Source of the DNA: an uncultured Prevotellaceae bacterium
GTDB taxonomy: Bacteria > Bacteroidota > Bacteroidia > Bacteroidales > Bacteroidaceae
NCBI GenBank assembly: GCA_902769805.1
Contig: CACXQL010000001.1
Span: 7,526-71,525, forward strand
Reading direction: 5' to 3'
Length of the DNA stretch: 64,000 bases
Part shown: positions 30,696-39,707 of the stretch, piece after piece
How the letters are laid out: each line of letters starts with the position of its first letter
Numbering within the stretch: position 1 is the first letter of the stretch
The notes under the pieces: generated by a model
Told to the model about the DNA's origin: nothing
The model's input: the letters and a program-made list of their open reading frames with translations, nothing else
The model's database searches: none
Position numbers and translations under genes: made by a program

Positions 30696-31463
30696 TTAAA
30701 CATCTTCAGCTAATTTCTTCTTCCACCCCTTGTAATAATTTACAAGTCCGGTTTTATCTCCACCTCGAAATGTACGACCGTTTTTCAACCTGTCTAACAG
30801 TTCACCTACTTGTGCAGCATTACCAATTTTCCAATTCAGCTCCGTTACCAAGATGTCCTCTATCTGTGAAGATGTTACTTCTGGCATATATTTATGAAAA
30901 GTTCGAATGTAGGTCTTACAGGCATTTTCGTCATCGGGATTATGAAAATCCTTGGACCGGAACATTCTAATATCCATTTCTTCCAGAGCAATCCGGAGTA
31001 AAGCCAGATTGTCATCATTAGCATTCACTTGCTTAGATTCTTCTCCATAGATACATTCAGCATTCCATCTTTTAACCCATCCAGAGAGTCCGTCTTTAAG
31101 CCATGAAACAGCCATAATATACTTTGCCGAACGGAAATCATCTACTTTCTGCACGGCCTTTGAATCCATATGACAGCAGATAACAACAAATGACTGCTGA
31201 TAATAATCGTTGAAAGTACGTTCCGTCAAACACTGTACAGGCTTGGCAAGGTCTGGAAAACGTATAGGCTGCTTCTCCATCCTTAGCACATTTTCTGGGC
31301 CAAAGATTTGAGCCACTGTATTGAAATTGTTCTTTGTATAACTATACAACACTATGCGCTCAACATCAGGATCGTTTGCTATTATCTCATTTGCTTTCTT
31401 CAAGCAAGCCTCAATCGCATCTGGATCTGCCCCTTGAACATTAGCATAATATCTGTTATTCAT
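30696..31463 (-). CDS. Hypothetical protein
   Basis: Long ORF; start placed at MNNRYY, preceded by GGAGGT on the minus strand. Confidence 0.68.
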   Translation of the reverse strand: MNNRYYANVQGADPDAIEACLKKANEIIANDPDVERIVLYSYTKNNFNTVAQIFGPENVLRMEKQPIRFPDLAKPVQCLTERTFNDYYQQSFVVICCHMDSKAVQKVDDFRSAKYIMAVSWLKDGLSGWVKRWNAECIYGEESKQVNANDDNLALLRIALEEMDIRMFRSKDFHNPDDENACKTYIRTFHKYMPEVTSSQIEDILVTELNWKIGNAAQVGELLDRLKNGRTFRGGDKTGLVNYYKGWKKKLAEDV

Positions 31464-31612
31464 CTGTTTACCTCCTATTTTTAATTCGTTCTGAATGGCA
31501 GTATTGAACTGCATCGCTTGCGTCCACCTGTGCAATCAGAAAACGACCAATTTAGTTAAACAAACTTTCAAAACTTATATTTTTTTCTCGTCAAACGGTA
31601 GGATGTTGGATG

Positions 31613-33133
31613 TTACTTCTTCTCCGCCACAATCAATATTTCTTTTGCTTTTTTGTCTGTTGCAGACAAAGGTATATCCCAAGCACCTGCTTGAACATAC
31701 TGGGCAGACTTGATAAAAAAGCCCATGTCTTCAAATATCTTACAAATCTGGTCTTTTGTGAAACGATAGTCTGCTATAACATATTCTGACGACAATTCTC
31801 CATCCATTTCGAATTGCTCCTTACGATACACCAACTGGGACGTAGTATCTAGAAGATAATAATCTGGATTGAAAACATTACCTGTATTCTGCATAATATG
31901 AGATGCCTTCAGTTTAAGTAATTCTTGAGGATTATTCTTCACATCCTCAACTATATGAGTAGCAATGGCTGCTGTCAGTTCCATATTCATGACAGAGATT
32001 ACACACATACCACCATGCTTAAGAGAATTATATATAGACTTAAGAATATCTACATTATCCTCATAACTACGGAATGATCCTATCACATCGTATAAACATA
32101 ATACAACGTCATAATTGGATCCTCTCTTTAAATGGCGACAATCTTTTACACCAAAATTAATATGTAAATTACCTGCCTGTTTTCTTGCTTTATCAATAAG
32201 TCTTTCCGAAAAATCGTATGCTGTTATATGAGAATATCCTCTATTAGCCAATTCAATAGAATGTCGACCTTGGCCACATCCCATATCAAGTATATCACAT
32301 TCTTTTGACAAACAACACGTTTTTTCTATAAAAGATATCTCATCGGGAGTGTGACGAGTCCATCCTTGATTATTCATTTCCATCCGAGAATAAGCATCTT
32401 CTAACTGATACTCAGAAAAGTCTAGCATCTGTTCCCAATGCTCCTCGTCAAACTCCATATTTTGATGTTGGAACGTAAATGCCAACCATTCACAACCATC
32501 GTCTATAGCTCCTAATCTTTTAACATAGACTTCCATCAGACTATTGTCAAGACGCTGGAATTCTGGGTAGAAGTTTGTAAATATTTGTGATTTCTGGGCA
32601 TTCATACGAATTTGATTCTTATCAGTAAACGCAATCTCGTCACACATTTGTCCAATCTCATCAAGATGTTGATTAATGACTTTAGGATCTACTTGACGCC
32701 AAGTTACTGATTCTAATGTTTTTATCGTCAAAGCATTTGTTGTTGCCAATCCCCAAGCATAATAATCAGAAAAGCCCCAAGCAGACTGGAGCAGTCTAGT
32801 CGCAATTCTACGTTTTCTATAGGAATGATGGACAACCAACTGGGTAACCCAAGAACACTTTTCTCCGTTTGTAAGTTCTTTCTTCAAAAAGAATGCATGA
32901 CCAAGGAGCTTTTCACCATCATAACATAATGAAACATACATATTTGCATTATCACCAAGTTCTCGATATGCATTTGATGACAATTTAATATGTTTACCCG
33001 ACTTTGACTCATCATCCTTACCACTATAATATCCATAGTTCTCAGAATAAAGAGCGGAACAATCTTGAAGCTGCTTTTCAGTTAAAGCAGAACATTTTAT
33101 CGTTTTAAAAAGTGGTCTAAACTCGTTTGCCAT
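31613..33133 (-). CDS. GNAT acetyltransferase fused to class I SAM-dependent methyltransferase
   Basis: QLVVHHSYRKRRIATRLL (GNAT motif A); ILDMGCGQGRH and AYDFSE (SAM motifs I/II). Confidence 0.85.
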   Translation of the reverse strand: MANEFRPLFKTIKCSALTEKQLQDCSALYSENYGYYSGKDDESKSGKHIKLSSNAYRELGDNANMYVSLCYDGEKLLGHAFFLKKELTNGEKCSWVTQLVVHHSYRKRRIATRLLQSAWGFSDYYAWGLATTNALTIKTLESVTWRQVDPKVINQHLDEIGQMCDEIAFTDKNQIRMNAQKSQIFTNFYPEFQRLDNSLMEVYVKRLGAIDDGCEWLAFTFQHQNMEFDEEHWEQMLDFSEYQLEDAYSRMEMNNQGWTRHTPDEISFIEKTCCLSKECDILDMGCGQGRHSIELANRGYSHITAYDFSERLIDKARKQAGNLHINFGVKDCRHLKRGSNYDVVLCLYDVIGSFRSYEDNVDILKSIYNSLKHGGMCVISVMNMELTAAIATHIVEDVKNNPQELLKLKASHIMQNTGNVFNPDYYLLDTTSQLVYRKEQFEMDGELSSEYVIADYRFTKDQICKIFEDMGFFIKSAQYVQAGAWDIPLSATDKKAKEILIVAEKK

Positions 33134-33140
33134 TATATTG

Positions 33141-33276
33141 TTTACGGATTACGGTGAGCGGTTATCGGTTATCGGAGACGAAGATGCCGGATGGCCGATG
33201 TGCTACGAGATGTCAGATGTAGGATGTCAGATGTAAGAGTGATATGAGGTCAGAGGTAAGAAGGAAGATGTAAGAG
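33141..33276. repeat. Degenerate heptamer arrays (TTATCGG then AGATGTM families)
   Basis: ttacgga ttacggt ... ttatcgg ttatcgg; agatgtc agatgta ggatgtc agatgta; the TTATCGG family also occurs at 24272-24293. Confidence 0.75.
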
Positions 33277-33304
33277 TAATCTTTTTTACTAACAGTGTCT
33301 AAGA

Positions 33305-34897
33305 TTAGAACGGTTTTTTATGTTCTATCTCTATTTTACAATCATGTTGTTTGGATTTCTTGTCATAGTTTATTCCAACAAGGACTACATCACCCACAAA
33401 ATCTTTCAACGCGACACCATAATGGTTATTGTGGATCTGTGTTATAGCCGTTTCGGCAGAATAATCATATTTTAATTCTAATACAACGGCAGGCTGATTG
33501 CAGGCTGGCCGAGGTAACAATACGATATCAGCAAAGCCTTTTCCTGCCGGTAGTTCACGAATCAATAAATAATTCCTCCTGGCTGTATAATATGCTATAG
33601 TCAATACACATGCCAAGGAATTCTCGTCATTATACTGCAAGACACTTGTGTTGTCTGCATGAATCGCATCTATAGCAGCAGCAACCGCACCTTCATTCCC
33701 ACCTAACGTTTCATTTAGCAAACGCTCCGATTGATTGATGGCATTCGCTATTACGTCCCATCCTGGCTCCGAAACGATGGCATTCTTAAACTCTATCGCC
33801 ACTTCACGATTGGGGATCCGACACGTTCTGCTATCTCTGTCGTAAGACAGATAACCTAGGTGGATCAGCGATGTCAGCACATCATCCTTGCTGCGAACAA
33901 CATTCAGGTCATTTTGAAAACTCGCCGTATCAACTGAGCATGATTCATCGGCCAACAAACGAACGACATCGTCTCTTAAACCATCAAAATTCATGCGGAT
34001 ATATGTCGCCACAGTATCATACGCTCCTGTATTTGACCAGTAACTATCGCAATATTGATTATATAATGCGGTCATAACAGACGTAGGGTTGAACATCTCC
34101 CTGTCTGCCCCAATCTGATATCCGTCATACCACTCAGCAAACATGTTGTAATCCATCGCATGTTTTGCACACAAAGCACGAACCTCTTCTGACGTGAATC
34201 CGAAACAGTCTGCCATGGGGCCTGGTTGCACTACAGAGTACTCCTGGAAATTGTTCAAAGCAGATTGGGTGTCATACTTCTTAATCGGTAATATACCAGT
34301 CATATAAACACCTGCGAATGTGGACATCGCATTTGTTGACTTAAACAAGCCACGCAACAGGTTGAGATACTGTTCTGCAGCATCACCTCCATCTTTATAT
34401 TCCCTCAAAATAGCATCCCATTCATCGATAATCATGATGAACTTTTCCTGATATGGCAACTGCGACCTAATATCATGGAGTACACCTGCCAGATCACTGT
34501 CATCATGATACTTCACATCAGGGAATACCTCTTTTAGTTCCGTGATTACGTCTGATTGAATGTGGAGAATAACTTCACTTGACTTGTAGCGGGTAACAAA
34601 ATCAGTCATGTCAATATACAGCACTGGATAATGACGGAAATGCTTTTTAAAAGAAGTCGATTGGTATACATGCAAATCCGTAAACAAGTCTTCTGATGCA
34701 CTCCACTGGTCATAATAGGCATACAACATTTCCGCACCGATAGACTTTCCAAATCGACGAGCACGACTGACACAAGTAAATTGGCGATCTGTATGAAGAG
34801 TGGCATTAACAACTTCTATCAGCCGACTCTTGTCAACAAACTCACCATTCCGTACTGCACGGAATCTATCATTACCTTTTTTCAGAAACCTACCCAT
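33305..34897 (-). CDS. AAA-ATPase-like domain plus C-terminal PD-(D/E)XK (DUF1703-type) protein
   Basis: FVDKS, RARRFGKS, IIDEWD, MTGILPI, WYDGY, IPNREV, GFADI, LELK. Confidence 0.9.
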   Translation of the reverse strand: MGRFLKKGNDRFRAVRNGEFVDKSRLIEVVNATLHTDRQFTCVSRARRFGKSIGAEMLYAYYDQWSASEDLFTDLHVYQSTSFKKHFRHYPVLYIDMTDFVTRYKSSEVILHIQSDVITELKEVFPDVKYHDDSDLAGVLHDIRSQLPYQEKFIMIIDEWDAILREYKDGGDAAEQYLNLLRGLFKSTNAMSTFAGVYMTGILPIKKYDTQSALNNFQEYSVVQPGPMADCFGFTSEEVRALCAKHAMDYNMFAEWYDGYQIGADREMFNPTSVMTALYNQYCDSYWSNTGAYDTVATYIRMNFDGLRDDVVRLLADESCSVDTASFQNDLNVVRSKDDVLTSLIHLGYLSYDRDSRTCRIPNREVAIEFKNAIVSEPGWDVIANAINQSERLLNETLGGNEGAVAAAIDAIHADNTSVLQYNDENSLACVLTIAYYTARRNYLLIRELPAGKGFADIVLLPRPACNQPAVVLELKYDYSAETAITQIHNNHYGVALKDFVGDVVLVGINYDKKSKQHDCKIEIEHKKPF

Positions 34898-34948
34898 AGG
34901 ATTTCGAATATCCTTGAGATGAATATTATTACACAGAATTCTAAGCGG

Positions 34949-35443
34949 TTAGAGGTTAGCGGGATTGACTTCATAACTCTCCACAAATCGCAATGCCTGA
35001 ATAACTCGAGGGGTATGGAAGGAGAGTTGGTTGTAGGTCTTATAGGCCTTGAGTTCTGCGATAGCAGCTGGGGCATCCAAGACACCACTCTCATAGAGAT
35101 TCACTACGGTGAATACTTTATCATTGGCCACTGGACCATACACTAAATCATAATCATGCTCAACACCTTTACGACTATCAACTACGAAATTCAACCAAGG
35201 CTCATCAGGTCCATGGAATTCCCTGATCCTCAATTCTGGGCTGGACAAGAGCATATCATCCACCTCAAAAACTGATACGATACGCCTGCCTTTCTTTGCC
35301 CTATCTATCATAATAGAAGTCCAATGCTCTGCTTGTTCTTTTTGAGTTGTTGTGTAGAATCCTCGTCCAAAATCGGTCTTTTTTCGACTCTTCAGAAGAC
35401 TTGGTTTCCGTACTTCGACATTTGAACCATGATAAAGTCTCAT
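34949..35443 (-). CDS. DUF3990 family protein
   Basis: LYHGS, DFGRGFYTT, QAEHW, WLNFV, GPVAND, Q-x-SFHT. Confidence 0.88.
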   Translation of the reverse strand: MRLYHGSNVEVRKPSLLKSRKKTDFGRGFYTTTQKEQAEHWTSIMIDRAKKGRRIVSVFEVDDMLLSSPELRIREFHGPDEPWLNFVVDSRKGVEHDYDLVYGPVANDKVFTVVNLYESGVLDAPAAIAELKAYKTYNQLSFHTPRVIQALRFVESYEVNPANL

Positions 35444-35868
35444 CTTCTTTTCCTCTTTTGAATGAATCGGTCTACTTCATCAATCACATAACCTGTTCCT
35501 TGAGTGTGAAGCAAGTCATAATGATCTATCAGAAAATCATCGACTCCGTAACGCTTAAACAGGGCAAGTACCTGGAGACCTGTCTTGCCTTTTGTCAAGG
35601 CATATTTTTCCAGCGTATAGGTATAAAACTCGAACTCCTCAAGTGTTATGCTCCTACTTTCCACATTCCGCACCGCCTCAAACTCATCATAAAGTGCCTC
35701 AGTGCTCAGGTACCACCACTTGGCCCCTTCGTCATAGAGTCGGTCATACATAGGATTTATATATATGTACACAAGAGCCTCCTCCAAGGAAATACGTTTC
35801 CTCTGGGATATATATTCTGCCAATCGTGAAATCTTAATTGGCAATATTTGCTCTTCGTATACACCCAT
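35440..35868 (-). CDS. DUF3791 family protein (two-domain)
   Basis: C-terminal LEKYA...FKRYGV..FLIDHYDLLHTQG; 4-bp overlap with DUF3990. Confidence 0.8.
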   Translation of the reverse strand: MGVYEEQILPIKISRLAEYISQRKRISLEEALVYIYINPMYDRLYDEGAKWWYLSTEALYDEFEAVRNVESRSITLEEFEFYTYTLEKYALTKGKTGLQVLALFKRYGVDDFLIDHYDLLHTQGTGYVIDEVDRFIQKRKRR

Positions 35869-35871
35869 ATC

Positions 35872-36387
35872 TTATATCTTGACCTTAATAACAACTTTTT
35901 TGACTTCTTCGGGGGCGTCGATGCAGAGTTGAGGCATGTGAGCGTCGTGTGGGAAGAAAAGGGCGAAGGAGGTCAAAGGTCGAAGGTCAAAGGTCAAAGG
36001 TCGAAGGTCTAAGGTCAAAGGACGAAGGTCAAAAGTCAAAGGTCGAAGGTCGGAGGTCGAAGGACGAAGGTTTGATTCGTAGAAGGCGGCATCGGTATCA
36101 GGGTTGTAGGGTTGGGTTTCCTGCAGTTCGTCCACGGGGAGACAAGCGATTTTCTCGGTGCCCTTGAGGAGGTACTGGATGTCGATGTTCTTCTGATGGG
36201 CTTCGTAGCCATGCTCGTTGATTGTCTTTGTCGTGTATTCTGACACAATGGCTTTGACTCGAGGATTGATCTCGTAGGTGCCGGGGGCTGTGTCGGGGGA
36301 CATTTCCTTGAGGTACTTCAGACCAGCATAGATGTCGTCAGAGAGACCTTTGTACAGTTCTATATTTTTAATCTTATCGTAAACCAT
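35872..36387 (-). CDS. YhcH/YjgK/YiaL family protein with in-frame heptamer-array insertion
   Basis: EAHQKNIDIQY, G-x-E, FALFFPHDAHMP, VKKVVIKV; (LRPLTFD)n insert from 35969-36073. Confidence 0.9.
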   Translation of the reverse strand: MVYDKIKNIELYKGLSDDIYAGLKYLKEMSPDTAPGTYEINPRVKAIVSEYTTKTINEHGYEAHQKNIDIQYLLKGTEKIACLPVDELQETQPYNPDTDAAFYESNLRPSTSDLRPLTFDLRPLTLDLRPLTFDLRPLTSFALFFPHDAHMPQLCIDAPEEVKKVVIKVKI

Positions 36388-36393
36388 TTAAAT

Positions 36394-36522
36394 AAGGTCT
36401 AAGGTCTAAGGACTAAGGTCTAAGGACGACCTTTGACTTTTGACTTTTGACTTTTGACCTTAGTCTTTTGACTTTTGACCTTTGACTTTTGACCTTTGTC
36501 CTTAGGCCTTAGTCCTTTGACC
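36394..36522. repeat. Intergenic paired inverted heptamer arrays (AAGGTCT arm, then TGACTTT/TGACCTT arm)
   Basis: Read directly from the sequence. Confidence 0.9.
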
Positions 36523-36523
36523 A

Positions 36524-37363
36524 TTAGACAGAAGGACCTGTGTAGGTGGCTTTGACCTGTTCGTAGCTCTCGAGGGTACCGATGTCGTAGCGCTTGCCGG
36601 GCATCTCGTAGGTATAGACAGGAGTCTGGGTGGAGAGCCAGGCGATGAAGCTGCCGGGGGCATCGATGCCACAACCGCTGGCGATGCCCTTCTTAATCAG
36701 GCGAGCATCTTCACGGGTGTAGTAGTAGAAGGCAGGGATGCACCAGTGACTCTTGGGATTCGCGGGTTTCTCCTCCATGGAGAGGATACGACCATCTGTG
36801 TCTATCTCTGCCACACCTGTCTTATGGAGTCGTGCCTCGTCAGCCTCGTAGTAGCGCATGACACACGTTGCGTTCTTCTCTTTCGCATAGCGGATAAAGC
36901 CCTCCAAACTGAAGTCCAGCAGGTTGTCACCTGCCATGACGAGGAGGTCGTCGTCGAGTTTCAATTTATCAATGGCGAAGTCGATATCCTTTACCGCCCC
37001 AAGGCGAGTGGCGTTCGACGATGTGCCATCGTCGAGGACGACGATGTCTAAGGACGAAGGACGAAGGTCTGAGGACGAAGGTCCAAGGTCTAAGGTCGAA
37101 GGACTAAGGTCTAAGGTCGAAGGACGAAGACTGCTTTTGGCCTTTGACTTTTGACTTTTGACCTTTGACCATTCATTGAAAATGGGGGCGAACTTATGGT
37201 TGCTGATGACGATGTATTCGTTGATCAAGCCGGTCTTGTTCATATCGTCGATGAGCCAGTCAAGGATGGGCTTGCCTGCCACCTCCAGTAATGGCTTCGG
37301 GAAGTTTTCGGTCAATGGGTAAAGTCTTGTAGCATACCCAGCTGCTAGGATCAAACATTTCAT
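36524..37363 (-). CDS. Sugar-1-phosphate nucleotidyltransferase with in-frame heptamer-array insertion
   Basis: ILAAGYATRLYPLT-x-x-x-PKPLL, AGDN, EEKP, DIGT; insert at 37047-37171. Confidence 0.9.
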   Translation of the reverse strand: MKCLILAAGYATRLYPLTENFPKPLLEVAGKPILDWLIDDMNKTGLINEYIVISNHKFAPIFNEWSKVKSQKSKAKSSLRPSTLDLSPSTLDLGPSSSDLRPSSLDIVVLDDGTSSNATRLGAVKDIDFAIDKLKLDDDLLVMAGDNLLDFSLEGFIRYAKEKNATCVMRYYEADEARLHKTGVAEIDTDGRILSMEEKPANPKSHWCIPAFYYYTREDARLIKKGIASGCGIDAPGSFIAWLSTQTPVYTYEMPGKRYDIGTLESYEQVKATYTGPSV

Positions 37364-37395
37364 GTTTTATTCGGTTATAGGTTAGAGGTTAGCGG

Positions 37396-38568
37396 TTAGA
37401 GAGCTGCTCCGTCTGCACTTTCACATATAAACACTTCATACTTGCCCTTCATCTCAGGATAAGAAGCCAAATACTTCTCAGTGACCTTTCTTGAGATTTC
37501 GTCCTCGTAGGCAGGGTCGATAAGGGCCATGCAGCAGCCTTTGAAGCCGGCACCAGAGAAGCGGCCACCATAGATGCCTTCGGTCTGGGTCATGATCTCA
37601 TAGAGGCGGATTTGTTCGGGAGCACCTGACTCCCAGTTGTGGATGCTGCTCCACCCTGACTCGAAGGAGAGCTTGCCGTAGGTCTCGATATCACCTCTGC
37701 GCCAAGCCTCAGCACCCTTCTCTACACGCTCGAACTCCGTGTACCAGTGTTCACAGCGCTTTGCCCAGGGTTCGGGCAGGCGGTTCTTATATTGTTCGTA
37801 GATCTCACGGGGTACGTTACGGGCATTTGCCTCATTGAACTTACCATAGTCCATGCCTGCATAGGCTTGGAGGGCATAGACGCCTGAACGGAGTTCATCG
37901 ACGCGCATATTGTATTTCGAGCCGGCGAGGCTATGCTCTAAGCCAGAGAAGAAGATGGCAATCTTATAGGGTTTCATTGCTGGACTCTGGGGTATCAACT
38001 CATAATGGTTGTCTTTTGTGTCCAGATACAACAGATGGTTTTTCTTGCTCAACACCTCACAGCTCTGATCGAGCTTTCCGACACTCACACCGACGTAGTT
38101 CAACTCGGCATCATAAGCTATGTCGATGATCTCCTGTTGGCTTAACTGGATGTCGTTGACTTTACAGAGGGCTGTCAGGAAACTGATGATCACAGCAGCA
38201 CTGGAAGACAAACCACCGATAGGGAGTGTTCCTTCGATGACACCACAGAGTCCTACATGTAACTGGTGTTGTTTCGACAGTGACAACGTAGCACCACGAA
38301 GATAGTCTGCCCAGTCATTCTGTTTCTGTACGGGCACTGAGGCGATATGCCACTGGGCTCGCTTAGGGAACTGCAAAGAGGTCATCTCCACCACACCGTT
38401 ATGCTTGGGAGCATAGGCGAGATGAATGCCTTTGTCTATCGCCAGTCCGGTAATCTTACCGAGGTTGTGGTCGGAATGGGCTCCTATCGGACAAATACGG
38501 TAGGGGCAGAAGGTTGTTCCTTCTGCATCACGACCATAGATCTGATGAAACTTTGCTAAGCAGTTCAC
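37396..38568 (-). CDS. GHMP-family sugar kinase (galactokinase-like)
   Basis: PYRICPIGAHSDH, PIGGLSSSAA, GKLDQ, GGRFSGAGFKGC; GTG start. Confidence 0.88.
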   Translation of the reverse strand: MNCLAKFHQIYGRDAEGTTFCPYRICPIGAHSDHNLGKITGLAIDKGIHLAYAPKHNGVVEMTSLQFPKRAQWHIASVPVQKQNDWADYLRGATLSLSKQHQLHVGLCGVIEGTLPIGGLSSSAAVIISFLTALCKVNDIQLSQQEIIDIAYDAELNYVGVSVGKLDQSCEVLSKKNHLLYLDTKDNHYELIPQSPAMKPYKIAIFFSGLEHSLAGSKYNMRVDELRSGVYALQAYAGMDYGKFNEANARNVPREIYEQYKNRLPEPWAKRCEHWYTEFERVEKGAEAWRRGDIETYGKLSFESGWSSIHNWESGAPEQIRLYEIMTQTEGIYGGRFSGAGFKGCCMALIDPAYEDEISRKVTEKYLASYPEMKGKYEVFICESADGAAL

Positions 38569-38592
38569 TGTTTAAGAATTGAAAATTGAGAA

Positions 38593-38635
38593 TTCTTTGA
38601 CCTAAAGGTACAAAGCGTACTAAAGATACGATTAG
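38593..38635. repeat. Copy of the dispersed TTCTTTGACCTAAAGGTACAAAGCG motif, embedded in TTGAAAA heptamers
   Basis: Extends to ~43 bp with 2 mismatches against the reverse complement of 52076-52118. Confidence 0.9.
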
Positions 38636-38700
38636 AAAATTGAAAATTACAACCTCTTTGAGAATTGAGAGGTAGGAGTTGTCCTTTGTGTATATCTTCC

Positions 38701-38743
38701 CCTTGCCCCGACTGCTGTGTTTTTCACAGCGATGAGGGCGAGG
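38701..38743 (-). promoter_or_regulatory. Leader hairpin, candidate UpxY pause/loading element
   Basis: CCTCGCCC..GCTGTG-AAAAA-CACAGC..GGGCAAGG on the minus strand, in the long leader between the promoter at 38841-38872 and the kinase start. Confidence 0.45.
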
Positions 38744-38840
38744 TTAATTACACCTAAAAGGATATAGATCAACTAGTTACCACCTCTACACGAGGGACAG
38801 AGTCCCGTAGATTCAATAGGTTTAGTGCACTATAACGGGG

Positions 38841-38872
38841 CAAAGTTACTAAATATTTAGTAACTGTCCAAA
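38841..38872 (-). promoter_or_regulatory. Bacteroidetes sigma-A promoter for the polysaccharide operon
   Basis: TTTG (38872-38869), 20-bp spacer, TAACTTTG (38848-38841). Confidence 0.75.
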
Positions 38873-38934
38873 TATAATTTGGAATATTTGATACTGAAGA
38901 TTGATTTGTTGACATTTTACAATCCTGGCATTTT

Positions 38935-39644
38935 GGCCGTCTCTTACTAAGGGACTCTAAATTTTTTCTTCACAACTTCCCAACCCCTCTTGCCTTTTTT
39001 CTTCACAACTCCCCAACCCCTCTTGCCTTTTTTCTTCACAACTCCCCAACCCCCTCTTGCCTTTTTCTTTCACAACTCCCCAACCCCTCTTGCCTAAGAG
39101 GGGCTTCAACCTATCCCTAAATCCCTTTCCTCTCTCGGAAAGGGACTAAAAGTCGTCGTTGCGGAAACGCCGTATTTTTTGACGCCGCCTACGCTAAACG
39201 CTGGGCGTCGTAAGGACGAGATATGGATATTCTTCAATTCTCCATTACATCTAATAAACACCCAACGTTCAGCGTAGGCGTATAAAAAATCACGCCGGAC
39301 CTTTGATGGTCCGAGCGTACCTTAATGTAAGAGCGACGAGCAGGAGCGGTTAAGCCCCTCCATATAGGGAGGGGATGGGGGTAGGTGGATGTTTCTTTTA
39401 GTTCTTTTCTTTGCGCCAAAGAAAAGGACAATTGAGGTTGGGAGGTAAAAACACAGGGAAACCCTGCATTATAGCCGTCCCTTACTAAGGGACTCTAAAT
39501 CTTTGCGCCAAAGAAAAGGACAATTGAGGTTGGGAGGTAAGAACACAGGGGAACCCTGCATTATAGCCGTCCCTTATCAAGGGACTCTAAATCTTTGCGC
39601 CAAAGAAAAGGACAATTGAGGTTGGGAGGTCCTCCAATTTGAAC
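38935..39644. repeat. Mosaic of palindromic repeat modules (33-bp tandem x4, ~150-bp block, 92-bp tandem x2.4)
   Basis: Modules recur at 51652-52238. Confidence 0.88.
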
Positions 39645-39707
39645 AATTCGAATAGAATAATTTTCTTTTATAAGAAACAAAATAGAATTTTGCAGAAATT
39701 GGGGAAG

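Noticed and set aside
38966-39095. 33-bp tandem repeat as a CRISPR array
   Set aside because: Units are directly adjacent with no spacers.
39409-39630. 92-bp periodic repeat resembling a CRISPR array
   Set aside because: The intervening segments are near-identical rather than unique spacers, there are only 2.4 units, and no cas genes are present.
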